Shown here: positions 51,801 through 64,000 of the stretch, in pieces | Numbering within the stretch: position 1 is the stretch's first letter | Layout: each line of letters starts with the position of its first letter | Source: Eledone cirrhosa | Taxonomy: Eukaryota | NCBI GenBank assembly: GCA_964016885.1 | Contig: OZ024758.1 | Location: 36,456,001-36,520,000, forward strand | Reading direction: 5' to 3' | DNA: 64,000 nt | Notes under the pieces: generated by a model | What the model saw: the letters and a program-made list of their open reading frames with translations, nothing else | Databases searched by the model: none | What the model was told of the DNA's origin: nothing | Position numbers and translations under genes: made by a program

Positions 51801-54800
51801 TCATGGTATTAGCTGTCAGAAGTAACTCCACTGTTGGTGAGAATTCATTTAAGTTCATGGTATTAGCTGTCAGAAGGAACTCCACTGTTGGTGAGAATTC
51901 ATTTAAGTTCATGGTACTAGCTGTCAGAAGTAACTCCAATGTTGGTGAGAATTCATTTAAGTTCATGGTATTAGCTGTCAGAAGTAACTCCACTGTTGGT
52001 GAGTATTCATTTAAGTCATGGTATTAGCTGTCAGAAGTAACTCCACTGTTGGTGAGAATTCATTTAAGTTCATGGTATTAGCTGTCAGAGGTAACTCCAC
52101 TGTTGGTGAGAATTCATTTAAGTTCATGGTATTAGCTGTCAGAAGTAACTCCACTGTTGGTGAGAATTCATTTACGTTCATGGTATTAGTTTGTCAGAAG
52201 TAACTCCACTGTTGGTGAGAATTCATTTAAGTCATGGTATTAGTTGTCAGAAGTAACTCCAATGTTGGTGAGAATTCATTTAAGTTCATGGTAATAGCTG
52301 TCAGAAGTAACTCCACTGTTGGTGAGAATTCATTTAAGTCATGGTATTAGCTGTCAGAAGTAACTCCAATGTTGGTGAGAATTCATTTAAGTCATGGTAC
52401 TAGCTGTCAGAAGTCACTCCACTGTTGGTGAGAATTCATTTACGTTCATGGTACTAGCTGTCAGAAGTAACCCCAATGTTGGTGAGAATTCATTTAAGTT
52501 CATGGTATTAGCTGTCAGAAGTCACTCCACTGTTGGTGAGAATTCATTTAAGTTCATGGTATTAGCTGTCAGAAGTAACTCCACTGTTGGTAAGAATTCA
52601 TTTAAGTTCATGGTATTAGCTGTCAGAAGTAACTCCACTGTTGGTGAGAATTCATTTAAGTTCATGGTATTAGCTGTCAGAAGGAACGCCACTGTTGGTG
52701 AGAATTCATTTAAGTTCATGGTATTAGCTGTCAGAAGTAACTCCACTGTTGGTGAGAATTCATTTAAGTTCATGGTACTAGCTGTCAGAAGTAACTCCAA
52801 TGTTGGTGAGAATTCATTTAAGTTCATGGTATTAGCTGTCAGAAGGAACTCCACTGTTGCTGAGAATTCATTTAAGTTCATGGTATTAGCTGTCAGAAGT
52901 AACTCCACTGTTGGTGAGAATTCATTTAAGTTCATGGTACTAGCTGTCAGAAGTAACTCCACTGTTGGTGAGAATTCATTTAAGTTCATGGTATTAGCTG
53001 TCAGAAGTCACTCCAATGTTGGTGAGAATTCATTTAAGTTCATGGTATTAGCTGTCAGAAGTAACTCCACTGTTGGTGAGAATTCATTTAAGTTCATGGT
53101 ATTAGTTTGTCAGAAGTAACTCCACTGTTGGTGAGAATTCATTTAAGTCATGGTATTAGTTGTCAGAAGTAACTCCAATGTTGGTGAGAATTCATTTAAG
53201 TTCATGGTACTAGCTGTCAGAAGTAACTCCACTGTTGGTGAGAATTCATTTAAGTTCATGGTAATAGCTGTCAGAAGTAACTCCACTGTTGGTGAGAATT
53301 CATTTAAGTCATGTTATTAGCTGTCAGAAGTAACTCCAATGTTGGTGAGAATTCATTTAAGTCATGGTACTAGCTGTCAGAAGTAACTCCAATGTTGGTG
53401 AGAATTCATTTAAGTTCATGGTATTAGCTGTCAGAAGTAACTCCACTGTTGGTGAGAATTCATTTAAGTTCATGGTATTAGCTGTCAGAAGTAACTCCAC
53501 TGTTGGTGAGAATTCATTTAAGTCATGGTATTAGCTGTCAGAAGTAACTCCACTGTTGGTGAGAATTCATTTAAGTTCATGGTATTAGCTGTCAGAAGGA
53601 ACGCCACTGTTGGTGAGAATTCATTTAAGTTCATGGTATTAGCTGTCAGAAGTAACTCCACTGTTGGTGAGAATTCATTTAAGTTCATGGTATTAGCTGT
53701 CAGAAGTAACTCCACTGTTGGTGAGAATTCATTTAAGTTCATAGTACTAGCTGTCAGAAGTAACTCCACTGTTGGTGAGAATTCATTTAAGTTCATGGTA
53801 TTAGCTGTCAGAAGTCACTCCAATGTTGGTGAGAATTCATTTAAGTTCATGGTATTAGCTGTCAGAAGTCACTCCACTGTTGGTGAGAATTCATTTAAGT
53901 TCATGGTACTAGCTGTCAGAAGTAACCCCAATGTTGGTGAGAATTCATTTAAGTTCATGGTATTAGCTGTCAGAAGTCACTCCAATGTTGGTGAGAATTC
54001 ATTTAAGTTCATGGTATTAGCTGTCAGAAGTAACTCCACTGTTGGTGAGAATTCATTTAAGTTCATGGTATTAGCTGTCAGAAGGAACTCCACTGTTGGT
54101 GAGAATTCATTTAAGTTCATGGTACTAGCTGTCAGAAGTAACTCCACTGTTGGTGAGAATTCATTTAAGTTCATGGTATTAGTTTGTCAGAAGTAACTCC
54201 ACTGTTGGTGAGAATTCATTTAAGTTCATGGTATTAGCTGTCAGAAGTAACTCCACTGTTGGTGAGAATTCATTTAAGTTCATGGTACTAGCTGTCAGAA
54301 GTAACTCCACTGTTGGTGAGAATTCATTTAAGTTCATGGTATTAGTTTGTCAGAAGTTACTCCACTGTTGGTGAGAATTCATTTAAGTCATGGTATTAGT
54401 TGTCAGAAGTAACTCCAATGTTGGTGAGAATTCATTTAAGTTCATGGTATTAGCTGTCAGAAGGAACTCCACTGTTGGTGAGAATTCATTTAAGTTCATG
54501 GTATTAGCTGTCAGAAGGAACTCCAATGTTGGTGAGAATTCATTTAAGTCATGGTACTAGCTGTCAGAAGTAACTCCAATGTTGGTGAGAATTCATTTAA
54601 GTTCATGGTATTAGCTGTCAGAAGGAACTCCACTGTTGGTGAGAATTCATTTAAGTTCATGGTACTAGCTGTCAGAAGTAACTCCAATGTTGGTGAGAAT
54701 TCATTTAAGTTCATGGTATTAGCTGCCAGAAGTAACTCCACTGTTGGTGAGTATTCATTTACGTTCATGGTATTAGTTTGTCAGAAGTAACTCCACTGTT

Positions 54801-57800
54801 GGTGAGAATTCATTTAAGTCATGGTATTAGTTGTCAGAAGTAACTCCACTGTTGGTGAGAATTCATTTAAGTTCATGGTACTAGCTGTCAGAAGTAACTC
54901 CACTGTTGGTGAGAATTCATTTAAGTTCATGGTATTAGTTTGTCAGAAGTTACTCCACTGTTGGTGAGAATTCATTTAATTTCATGGTATTAGCTGTCAG
55001 AAGTAACTCCACTGTTGGTGAGAATTCATTTAAGTTCATGGTACTAGCTGTCAGAAGTAACTCCAATGTTGGTGAGAATTCATTTAAGTTCATGGTATTA
55101 GCTGTCAGAAGTAACTCCACTGTTGGTGAGAATTCATTTAAGTCATGGTATTAGCTGTCAGAAGTAACTCCACTGTTGGTGAGAATTCATTTAAGTTCAT
55201 GGTATTAGCTGTCAGAAGGAACTCCACTGTTGGTGAGAATTCATTTAAGTTCATGGTACTAGCTGTCAGAAGTAACTCCAATGTTGGTGAGAATTCATTT
55301 AAGTTCATGGTATTAGCTGTCAGAAGTAACTCCACTGTTGGTGAGTATTCATTTAAGTCATGGTATTAGCTGTCAGAAGTAACTCCACTGTTGGTGAGAA
55401 TTCATTTAAGTTCATGGTATTAGCTGTCAGAGGTAACTCCACTGTTGGTGAGAATTCATTTAAGTTCATGGTATTAGCTGTCAGAAGTAACTCCACTGTT
55501 GGTGAGAATTCATTTACGTTCATGGTATTAGTTTGTCAGAAGTAACTCCACTGTTGGTGAGAATTCATTTAAGTCATGGTATTAGTTGTCAGAAGTAACT
55601 CCAATGTTGGTGAGAATTCATTTAAGTTCATGGTAATAGCTGTCAGAAGTAACTCCACTGTTGGTGAGAATTCATTTAAGTCATGGTATTAGCTGTCAGA
55701 AGTAACTCCAATGTTGGTGAGAATTCATTTAAGTCATGGTACTAGCTGTCAGAAGTCACTCCACTGTTGGTGAGAATTCATTTACGTTCATGGTACTAGC
55801 TGTCAGAAGTAACCCCAATGTTGGTGAGAATTCATTTAAGTTCATGGTATTAGCTGTCAGAAGTCACTCCACTGTTGGTGAGAATTCATTTAAGTTCATG
55901 GTATTAGCTGTCAGAAGTAACTCCACTGTTGGTAAGAATTCATTTAAGTTCATGGTATTAGCTGTCAGAAGTAACTCCACTGTTGGTGAGAATTCATTTA
56001 AGTTCATGGTATTAGCTGTCAGAAGGAACGCCACTGTTGGTGAGAATTCATTTAAGTTCATGGTATTAGCTGTCAGAAGTAACTCCACTGTTGGTGAGAA
56101 TTCATTTAAGTTCATGGTACTAGCTGTCAGAAGTAACTCCAATGTTGGTGAGAATTCATTTAAGTTCATGGTATTAGCTGTCAGAAGGAACTCCACTGTT
56201 GCTGAGAATTCATTTAAGTTCATGGTATTAGCTGTCAGAAGTAACTCCACTGTTGGTGAGAATTCATTTAAGTTCATGGTACTAGCTGTCAGAAGTAACT
56301 CCACTGTTGGTGAGAATTCATTTAAGTTCATGGTATTAGCTGTCAGAAGTCACTCCAATGTTGGTGAGAATTCATTTAAGTTCATGGTATTAGCTGTCAG
56401 AAGTAACTCCACTGTTGGTGAGAATTCATTTAAGTTCATGGTATTAGTTTGTCAGAAGTAACTCCACTGTTGGTGAGAATTCATTTAAGTCATGGTATTA
56501 GTTGTCAGAAGTAACTCCAATGTTGGTGAGAATTCATTTAAGTTCATGGTACTAGCTGTCAGAAGTAACTCCACTGTTGGTGAGAATTCATTTAAGTTCA
56601 TGGTAATAGCTGTCAGAAGTAACTCCACTGTTGGTGAGAATTCATTTAAGTCATGTTATTAGCTGTCAGAAGTAACTCCAATGTTGGTGAGAATTCATTT
56701 AAGTCATGGTACTAGCTGTCAGAAGTAACTCCAATGTTGGTGAGAATTCATTTAAGTTCATGGTATTAGCTGTCAGAAGTAACTCCACTGTTGGTGAGAA
56801 TTCATTTAAGTTCATGGTATTAGCTGTCAGAAGTAACTCCACTGTTGGTGAGAATTCATTTAAGTCATGGTATTAGCTGTCAGAAGTAACTCCACTGTTG
56901 GTGAGAATTCATTTAAGTTCATGGTATTAGCTGTCAGAAGGAACGCCACTGTTGGTGAGAATTCATTTAAGTTCATGGTATTAGCTGTCAGAAGTAACTC
57001 CACTGTTGGTGAGAATTCATTTAAGTTCATGGTATTAGCTGTCAGAAGTAACTCCACTGTTGGTGAGAATTCATTTAAGTTCATAGTACTAGCTGTCAGA
57101 AGTAACTCCACTGTTGGTGAGAATTCATTTAAGTTCATGGTATTAGCTGTCAGAAGTCACTCCAATGTTGGTGAGAATTCATTTAAGTTCATGGTATTAG
57201 CTGTCAGAAGTCACTCCACTGTTGGTGAGAATTCATTTAAGTTCATGGTACTAGCTGTCAGAAGTAACCCCAATGTTGGTGAGAATTCATTTAAGTTCAT
57301 GGTATTAGCTGTCAGAAGTCACTCCAATGTTGGTGAGAATTCATTTAAGTTCATGGTATTAGCTGTCAGAAGTAACTCCACTGTTGGTGAGAATTCATTT
57401 AAGTTCATGGTATTAGCTGTCAGAAGGAACTCCACTGTTGGTGAGAATTCATTTAAGTTCATGGTACTAGCTGTCAGAAGTAACTCCACTGTTGGTGAGA
57501 ATTCATTTAAGTTCATGGTATTAGTTTGTCAGAAGTAACTCCACTGTTGGTGAGAATTCATTTAAGTTCATGGTATTAGCTGTCAGAAGTAACTCCACTG
57601 TTGGTGAGAATTCATTTAAGTTCATGGTACTAGCTGTCAGAAGTAACTCCACTGTTGGTGAGAATTCATTTAAGTTCATGGTATTAGTTTGTCAGAAGTT
57701 ACTCCACTGTTGGTGAGAATTCATTTAAGTCATGGTATTAGTTGTCAGAAGTAACTCCAATGTTGGTGAGAATTCATTTAAGTTCATGGTATTAGCTGTC

Positions 57801-58200
57801 AGAAGGAACTCCACTGTTGGTGAGAATTCATTTAAGTTCATGGTATTAGCTGTCAGAAGGAACTCCAATGTTGGTGAGAATTCATTTAAGTCATGGTACT
57901 AGCTGTCAGAAGTAACTCCAATGTTGGTGAGAATTCATTTAAGTTCATGGTATTAGCTGTCAGAAGGAACTCCACTGTTGGTGAGAATTCATTTAAGTTC
58001 ATGGTACTAGCTGTCAGAAGTAACTCCAATGTTGGTGAGAATTCATTTAAGTTCATGGTATTAGCTGCCAGAAGTAACTCCACTGTTGGTGAGTATTCAT
58101 TTACGTTCATGGTATTAGTTTGTCAGAAGTAACTCCACTGTTGGTGAGAATTCATTTAAGTCATGGTATTAGTTGTCAGAAGTAACTCCAATGTTGGTGA
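45340..58200 (+). repeat. ~3.1-kb block in three copies (offsets 6407 and 3342 bp)
   Basis: ORFs 45987/52394/55736, 47118/53525/56867 and 48144/54551/57893 have identical translations. Shared private variant TTTGTCAGAAGTTACTCC at ~47940, ~54347 and ~57689. Confidence 0.9.
47990..50020 (+). repeat. Tandem duplication, 969-bp offset (18 monomers)
   Basis: ORFs 48144/49113 and 48574/49543 are offset by 969. Confidence 0.8.
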
Positions 58201-61200
58201 GAATTCATTTAAGTTCATGGTATTAGCTGTCAGAAGGAACTCCACTGTTGGTGAGAATTCATTTAAGTTCATGGTATTAGCTGTCAGAAGGAACTCCAAT
58301 GTTGGTGAGAATTCATTTAAGTCATGGTACTAGCTGTCAGAAGTAACTCCAATGTTGGTGAGAATTCATTTAAGTTCATGGTATTAGCTGTCAGAAGGAA
58401 CTCCACTGTTGGTGAGAATTCATTTAAGTTCATGGTACTAGCTGTCAGAAGTAACTCCAATGTTGGTGAGAATTCATTTAAGTTCATGGTATTAGCTGCC
58501 AGAAGTAACTCCACTGTTGGTGAGTATTCATTTACGTTCATGGTATTAGTTTGTCAGAAGTAACTCCACTGTTGGTGAGAATTCATTTAAGTCATGGTAT
58601 TAGTTGTCAGAAGTAACTCCAATGTTGGTGAGAATTCATTTAAGTTCATGGTAATAGCTGTCAGAAGTAACTCCACTGTTGGTGAGAATTCATTTAAGTC
58701 ATGGTATTAGCTGTCAGAAGTAACTCCAATGTTGGTGAGAATTCATTTAAGTCATGGTACTAGCTGTCAGAAGTCACTCCACTGTTGGTGAGAATTCATT
58801 TAAGTTCATGGTACTAGCTGTCAGAAGTAACCCCAATGTTGGTGAGAATTCATTTAAGTTCATGGTATTAGCTGTCAGAAGTCACTCCAATGTTGGTGAG
58901 AATTCATTTAAGTTCATGGTATTAGCTGTCAGAAGTAACTCCACTGTTGGTAAGAATTCATTTAAGTTCATGGTATTAGCTGTCAGAAGTAACTCCACTG
59001 TTGGTGAGAATTCATTTAAGTTCATGGTATTAGCTGTCAGAAGGAACGCCACTGTTGGTGAGAATTCATTTAAGTTCATGGTATTAGCTGTCAGAAGTAA
59101 CTCCACTGTTGGTGAGAATTCATTTAAGTTCATGGTACTAGCTGTCAGAAGTAACTCCAATGTTGGTGAGAATTCATTTAAGTTCATGGTATTAGCTGTC
59201 AGAAGGAACTCCACTGTTGCTGAGAATTCATTTAAGTTCATGGTATTAGCTGTCAGAAGTAACTCCACTGTTGGTGAGAATTCATTTAAGTTCATGGTAC
59301 TAGCTGTCAGAAGTAACTCCACTGTTGGTGAGAATTCATTTAAGTTCATGGTATTAGCTGTCAGAAGTCACTCCAATGTTGGTGAGAATTCATTTAAGTT
59401 CATGGTATTAGCTGTCAGAAGTCACTCCACTGTTGGTGAGAATTCATTTAAGTTCATGGTACTAGCTGTCAGAAGTAACCCCAATGTTGGTGAGAATTCA
59501 TTTAAGTCATGGTATTAGCTGTCAGAAGTAACTCCACTGTTGGTGAGAATTCATTTAAGTTCATGGTATTAGCTGTCAGAAGTAACTCCACTGTTGGTGA
59601 GAATTCATTTAAGTTCATGGTATTAGTTTGTCAGAAGTAACTCCACTGTTGGTGAGAATTCATTTAAGTCATGGTATTAGTTGTCAGAAGTAACTCCAAT
59701 GTTGGTGAGAATTCATTTAAGTTCATGGTACTAGCTGTCAGAAGTAACTCCACTGTTGGTGAGAATTCATTTAAGTTCATGGTAATAGCTGTCAGAAGTA
59801 ACTCCACTGTTGGTGAGAATTCATTTAAGTCATGTTATTAGCTGTCAGAAGTAACTCCACTGTTGGTGAGAATTCATTTAAGTCATGGTACTAGCTGTCA
59901 GAAGTAACTCCAATGTTGGTGAGAATTCATTTAAGTTCATGGTATTAGCTGTAAGAAGTAACTCCACTGTTGGTGAGAATTCATTTAAGTTCATGGTATT
60001 AGCTGTCAGAAGTAACTCCACTGTTGGTGAGAATTCATTTAAGTCATGGTATTAGCTGTCAGAAGTAACTCCACTGTTGGTGAGAATTCATTTAAGTTCA
60101 TGGTATTAGCTGTCAGAAGGAACGCCACTGTTGGTGAGAATTCATTTAAGTTCATGGTATTAGCTGTCAGAAGTAACTCCACTGTTGGTGAGAATTCATT
60201 TAATTTCATGGTATTAGCTGTCAGAAGTAACTCCACTGTTGGTGAGAATTCATTTAAGTTCATGGTACTAGCTGTCAGAAGTAACTCCAATGTTGGTGAG
60301 AATTCATTTAAGTTCATGGTATTAGCTGTCAGAAGTAACTCCACTGTTGGTGAGAATTCATTTAAGTCATGGTATTAGCTGTCAGAAGTAACTCCACTGT
60401 TGGTGAGAATTCATTTAAGTTCATGGTATTAGCTGTCAGAAGGAACTCCACTGTTGGTGAGAATTCATTTAAGTTCATGGTACTAGCTGTCAGAAGTAAC
60501 TCCAATGTTGGTGAGAATTCATTTAAGTTCATGGTATTAGCTGTCAGAAGTAACTCCACTGTTGGTGAGTATTCATTTAAGTCATGGTATTAGCTGTCAG
60601 AAGTAACTCCACTGTTGGTGAGAATTCATTTAAGTTCATGGTATTAGCTGTCAGAGGTAACTCCACTGTTGGTGAGAATTCATTTAAGTTCATGGTATTA
60701 GCTGTCAGAAGTAACTCCACTGTTGGTGAGAATTCATTTACGTTCATGGTATTAGTTTGTCAGAAGTAACTCCACTGTTGGTGAGAATTCATTTAAGTCA
60801 TGGTATTAGTTGTCAGAAGTAACTCCAATGTTGGTGAGAATTCATTTAAGTTCATGGTATTAGCTGTCAGAAGTAACTCCAATGTTGGTGAGAATTCATT
60901 TAAGTTCATGGTATTAGCTGTCAGAAGGAACTCCACTGTTGGTGAGAATTCATTTAAGTTCATGGTATTAGCTGTCAGAAGGAACTCCAATGTTGGTGAG
61001 AATTCATTTAAGTCATGGTACTAGCTGTCAGAAGTAACTCCAATGTTGGTGAGAATTCATTTAAGTTCATGGTATTAGCTGTCAGAAGGAACTCCACTGT
61101 TGGTGAGAATTCATTTAAGTTCATGGTACTAGCTGTCAGAAGTAACTCCAATGTTGGTGAGAATTCATTTAAGTTCATGGTATTAGCTGCCAGAAGTAAC

Positions 61201-64000
61201 TCCACTGTTGGTGAGTATTCATTTACGTTCATGGTATTAGTTTGTCAGAAGTAACTCCACTGTTGGTGAGAATTCATTTAAGTCATGGTATTAGTTGTCA
61301 GAAGTAACTCCAATGTTGGTGAGAATTCATTTAAGTTCATGGTATTAGCTGTCAGAAGGAACTCCACTGTTGGTGAGAATTCATTTAAGTTCATGGTATT
61401 AGCTGTCAGAAGGAACTCCAATGTTGGTGAGAATTCATTTAAGTCATGGTACTAGCTGTCAGAAGTAACTCCAATGTTGGTGAGAATTCATTTAAGTTCA
61501 TGGTATTAGCTGTCAGAAGGAACTCCACTGTTGGTGAGAATTCATTTAAGTTCATGGTACTAGCTGTCAGAAGTAACTCCAATGTTGGTGAGAATTCATT
61601 TAAGTTCATGGTATTAGCTGCCAGAAGTAACTCCACTGTTGGTGAGTATTCATTTACGTTCATGGTATTAGTTTGTCAGAAGTAACTCCACTGTTGGTGA
61701 GAATTCATTTAAGTCATGGTATTAGTTGTCAGAAGTAACTCCAATGTTGGTGAGAATTCATTTAAGTTCATGGTAATAGCTGTCAGAAGTAACTCCACTG
61801 TTGGTGAGAATTCATTTAAGTCATGGTATTAGCTGTCAGAAGTAACTCCAATGTTGGTGAGAATTCATTTAAGTCATGGTACTAGCTGTCAGAAGTCACT
61901 CCACTGTTGGTGAGAATTCATTTAAGTTCATGGTACTAGCTGTCAGAAGTAACCCCAATGTTGGTGAGAATTCATTTAAGTTCATGGTATTAGCTGTCAG
62001 AAGTCACTCCAATGTTGGTGAGAATTCATTTAAGTTCATGGTATTAGCTGTCAGAAGTAACTCCACTGTTGGTAAGAATTCATTTAAGTTCATGGTATTA
62101 GCTGTCAGAAGTAACTCCACTGTTGGTGAGAATTCATTTAAGTTCATGGTATTAGCTGTCAGAAGGAACGCCACTGTTGGTGAGAATTCATTTAAGTTCA
62201 TGGTATTAGCTGTCAGAAGTAACTCCACTGTTGGTGAGAATTCATTTAAGTTCATGGTACTAGCTGTCAGAAGTAACTCCAATGTTGGTGAGAATTCATT
62301 TAAGTTCATGGTATTAGCTGTCAGAAGGAACTCCACTGTTGCTGAGAATTCATTTAAGTTCATGGTATTAGCTGTCAGAAGTAACTCCACTGTTGGTGAG
62401 AATTCATTTAAGTTCATGGTACTAGCTGTCAGAAGTAACTCCACTGTTGGTGAGAATTCATTTAAGTTCATGGTATTAGCTGTCAGAAGTCACTCCAATG
62501 TTGGTGAGAATTCATTTAAGTTCATGGTATTAGCTGTCAGAAGTCACTCCACTGTTGGTGAGAATTCATTTAAGTTCATGGTACTAGCTGTCAGAAGTAA
62601 CCCCAATGTTGGTGAGAATTCATTTAAGTCATGGTATTAGCTGTCAGAAGTAACTCCACTGTTGGTGAGAATTCATTTAAGTTCATGGTATTAGCTGTCA
62701 GAAGTAACTCCACTGTTGGTGAGAATTCATTTAAGTTCATGGTATTAGTTTGTCAGAAGTAACTCCACTGTTGGTGAGAATTCATTTAAGTCATGGTATT
62801 AGTTGTCAGAAGTAACTCCAATGTTGGTGAGAATTCATTTAAGTTCATGGTACTAGCTGTCAGAAGTAACTCCACTGTTGGTGAGAATTCATTTAAGTTC
62901 ATGGTAATAGCTGTCAGAAGTAACTCCACTGTTGGTGAGAATTCATTTAAGTCATGTTATTAGCTGTCAGAAGTAACTCCACTGTTGGTGAGAATTCATT
63001 TAAGTCATGGTACTAGCTGTCAGAAGTAACTCCAATGTTGGTGAGAATTCATTTAAGTTCATGGTATTAGCTGTAAGAAGTAACTCCACTGTTGGTGAGA
63101 ATTCATTTAAGTTCATGGTATTAGCTGTCAGAAGTAACTCCACTGTTGGTGAGAATTCATTTAAGTCATGGTATTAGCTGTCAGAAGTAACTCCACTGTT
63201 GGTGAGAATTCATTTAAGTTCATGGTATTAGCTGTCAGAAGGAACGCCACTGTTGGTGAGAATTCATTTAAGTTCATGGTATTAGCTGTCAGAAGTAACT
63301 CCACTGTTGGTGAGAATTCATTTAATTTCATGGTATTAGCTGTCAGAAGTAACTCCACTGTTGGTGAGAATTCATTTAAGTTCATGGTACTAGCTGTCAG
63401 AAGTAACTCCAATGTTGGTGAGAATTCATTTAAGTTCATGGTATTAGCTGTCAGAAGTAACTCCACTGTTGGTGAGAATTCATTTAAGTCATGGTATTAG
63501 CTGTCAGAAGTAACTCCACTGTTGGTGAGAATTCATTTAAGTTCATGGTATTAGCTGTCAGAAGGAACTCCACTGTTGGTGAGAATTCATTTAAGTTCAT
63601 GGTACTAGCTGTCAGAAGTAACTCCAATGTTGGTGAGAATTCATTTAAGTTCATGGTATTAGCTGTCAGAAGTAACTCCACTGTTGGTGAGTATTCATTT
63701 AAGTCATGGTATTAGCTGTCAGAAGTAACTCCACTGTTGGTGAGAATTCATTTAAGTTCATGGTATTAGCTGTCAGAGGTAACTCCACTGTTGGTGAGAA
63801 TTCATTTAAGTTCATGGTATTAGCTGTCAGAAGTAACTCCACTGTTGGTGAGAATTCATTTACGTTCATGGTATTAGTTTGTCAGAAGTAACTCCACTGT
63901 TGGTGAGAATTCATTTAAGTCATGGTATTAGTTGTCAGAAGTAACTCCAATGTTGGTGAGAATTCATTTAAGTTCATGGTAATAGCTGTCAGAAGTAACT
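57740..64000 (+). repeat. Tandem duplication, 3122-bp unit (58 monomers), each copy with an internal 431-bp octamer doublet
   Basis: ORFs 57893/61015, 58324/61446, 58754/61876, 60046/63168 and 60584/63706 are offset by 3122. Shared haplotype CATGTTATTAGCTGTCAGAAGTAACTCCACT at 59831 and 62953. The internal 431 offset is seen at 57893/58324 and 61015/61446. Confidence 0.92.

Larger units (their letters stand above)
1..64000 (+). repeat. 54-bp monomer tandem satellite array (~1,190 copies, single orientation, open at both window ends)
   Basis: Consensus ATGGTATTAGCTGTCAGAAGTAACTCCACTGTTGGTGAGAATTCATTTAAGTTC recurs every 53-55 bp from base 1 to 64000, typically with 0-3 differences per copy. GAATTC is in nearly every monomer. 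No intervening unique sequence seen. Confidence 0.99.

Noticed and set aside
140-63891. Several hundred ORFs on both strands (61-344 aa) as protein-coding genes or a repeat-protein family
   Set aside because: All are translations of the same 54-bp monomer. They are cut by frequent +1/-1 indels, variants are often non-synonymous or nonsense, and there are no unique N- or C-termini or intergenic regions.
1-64000. CRISPR array or other repeat-spacer system
   Set aside because: There are no unique spacers. The whole 54 bp is repeated with only point variation, and no cas genes or leader are present.
1-64000. Programmed frameshifting or phase-variable cassette system based on the +1/-1 variants
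   Set aside because: The indels are inherited in fixed positions within duplicated blocks, as expected for HOR descent. No expression locus, recombinase or slippery heptamer is evident.
1-64000. Tandem tRNA, 5S rRNA, snRNA or spliced-leader gene array
   Set aside because: The unit is only 54 bp, with no cloverleaf, no recognisable A/B boxes, no T4+ terminator in the consensus and no resemblance to RNA genes I recognise.
1-64000. CENP-B box or telomeric repeat motifs
   Set aside because: The CENP-B box needs TTCG and CGGG cores, and the consensus has no CpG. TTAG occurs once per monomer but never as TTAGG or TTAGGG runs.
1-64000. Synthetic concatemer (EcoRI site in each unit) or pure assembly artefact
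   Set aside because: Nested, position-dependent variant haplotypes are typical of a naturally evolved satellite. Individual near-identical duplications could still be assembly errors.
1-64000. Transposon insertion or strand inversion within the array
   Set aside because: None seen. The ORF track shows the same peptide on the same strand throughout, with no gap larger than a few hundred bases, and those gaps read as ordinary monomers.

Overview
The whole 64-kb window is one uninterrupted, head-to-tail satellite DNA array of about 1,190 copies (64,000/~53.8) of a 54-bp monomer. The consensus is ATGGTATTAGCTGTCAGAAGTAACTCCACTGTTGGTGAGAATTCATTTAAGTTC (20/54 G+C, one EcoRI and one AluI site, no CpG). 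I see no unique sequence, inversion, transposon, RNA gene or credible protein-coding gene. All ORFs are by-products of a stop-free 18-codon monomer that is frameshifted every few copies by recurrent -1 (AAGTTCATG>AAGTCATG) and +1 (TAGCTG>TAGTTTG/TAGTTGG) variants. The information is in the variants. They define nested higher-order repeats (215, 324, 431, 485, 807, 1130, 1183, 1669, 2045, 3122, 3342, 4249, 5054, 6407, 6677 and ~8987 bp offsets) and three marker-defined domains, with a distinct middle domain (~10-33.6 kb) lying between two related flanks. The monomer is almost tiled by short dyads, and their centres carry many of the common polymorphisms. This looks like eukaryotic centromeric, pericentromeric or heterochromatic satellite, but I do not recognise the family or organism, and function cannot be shown from sequence alone. 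I found no gene-based novel system.
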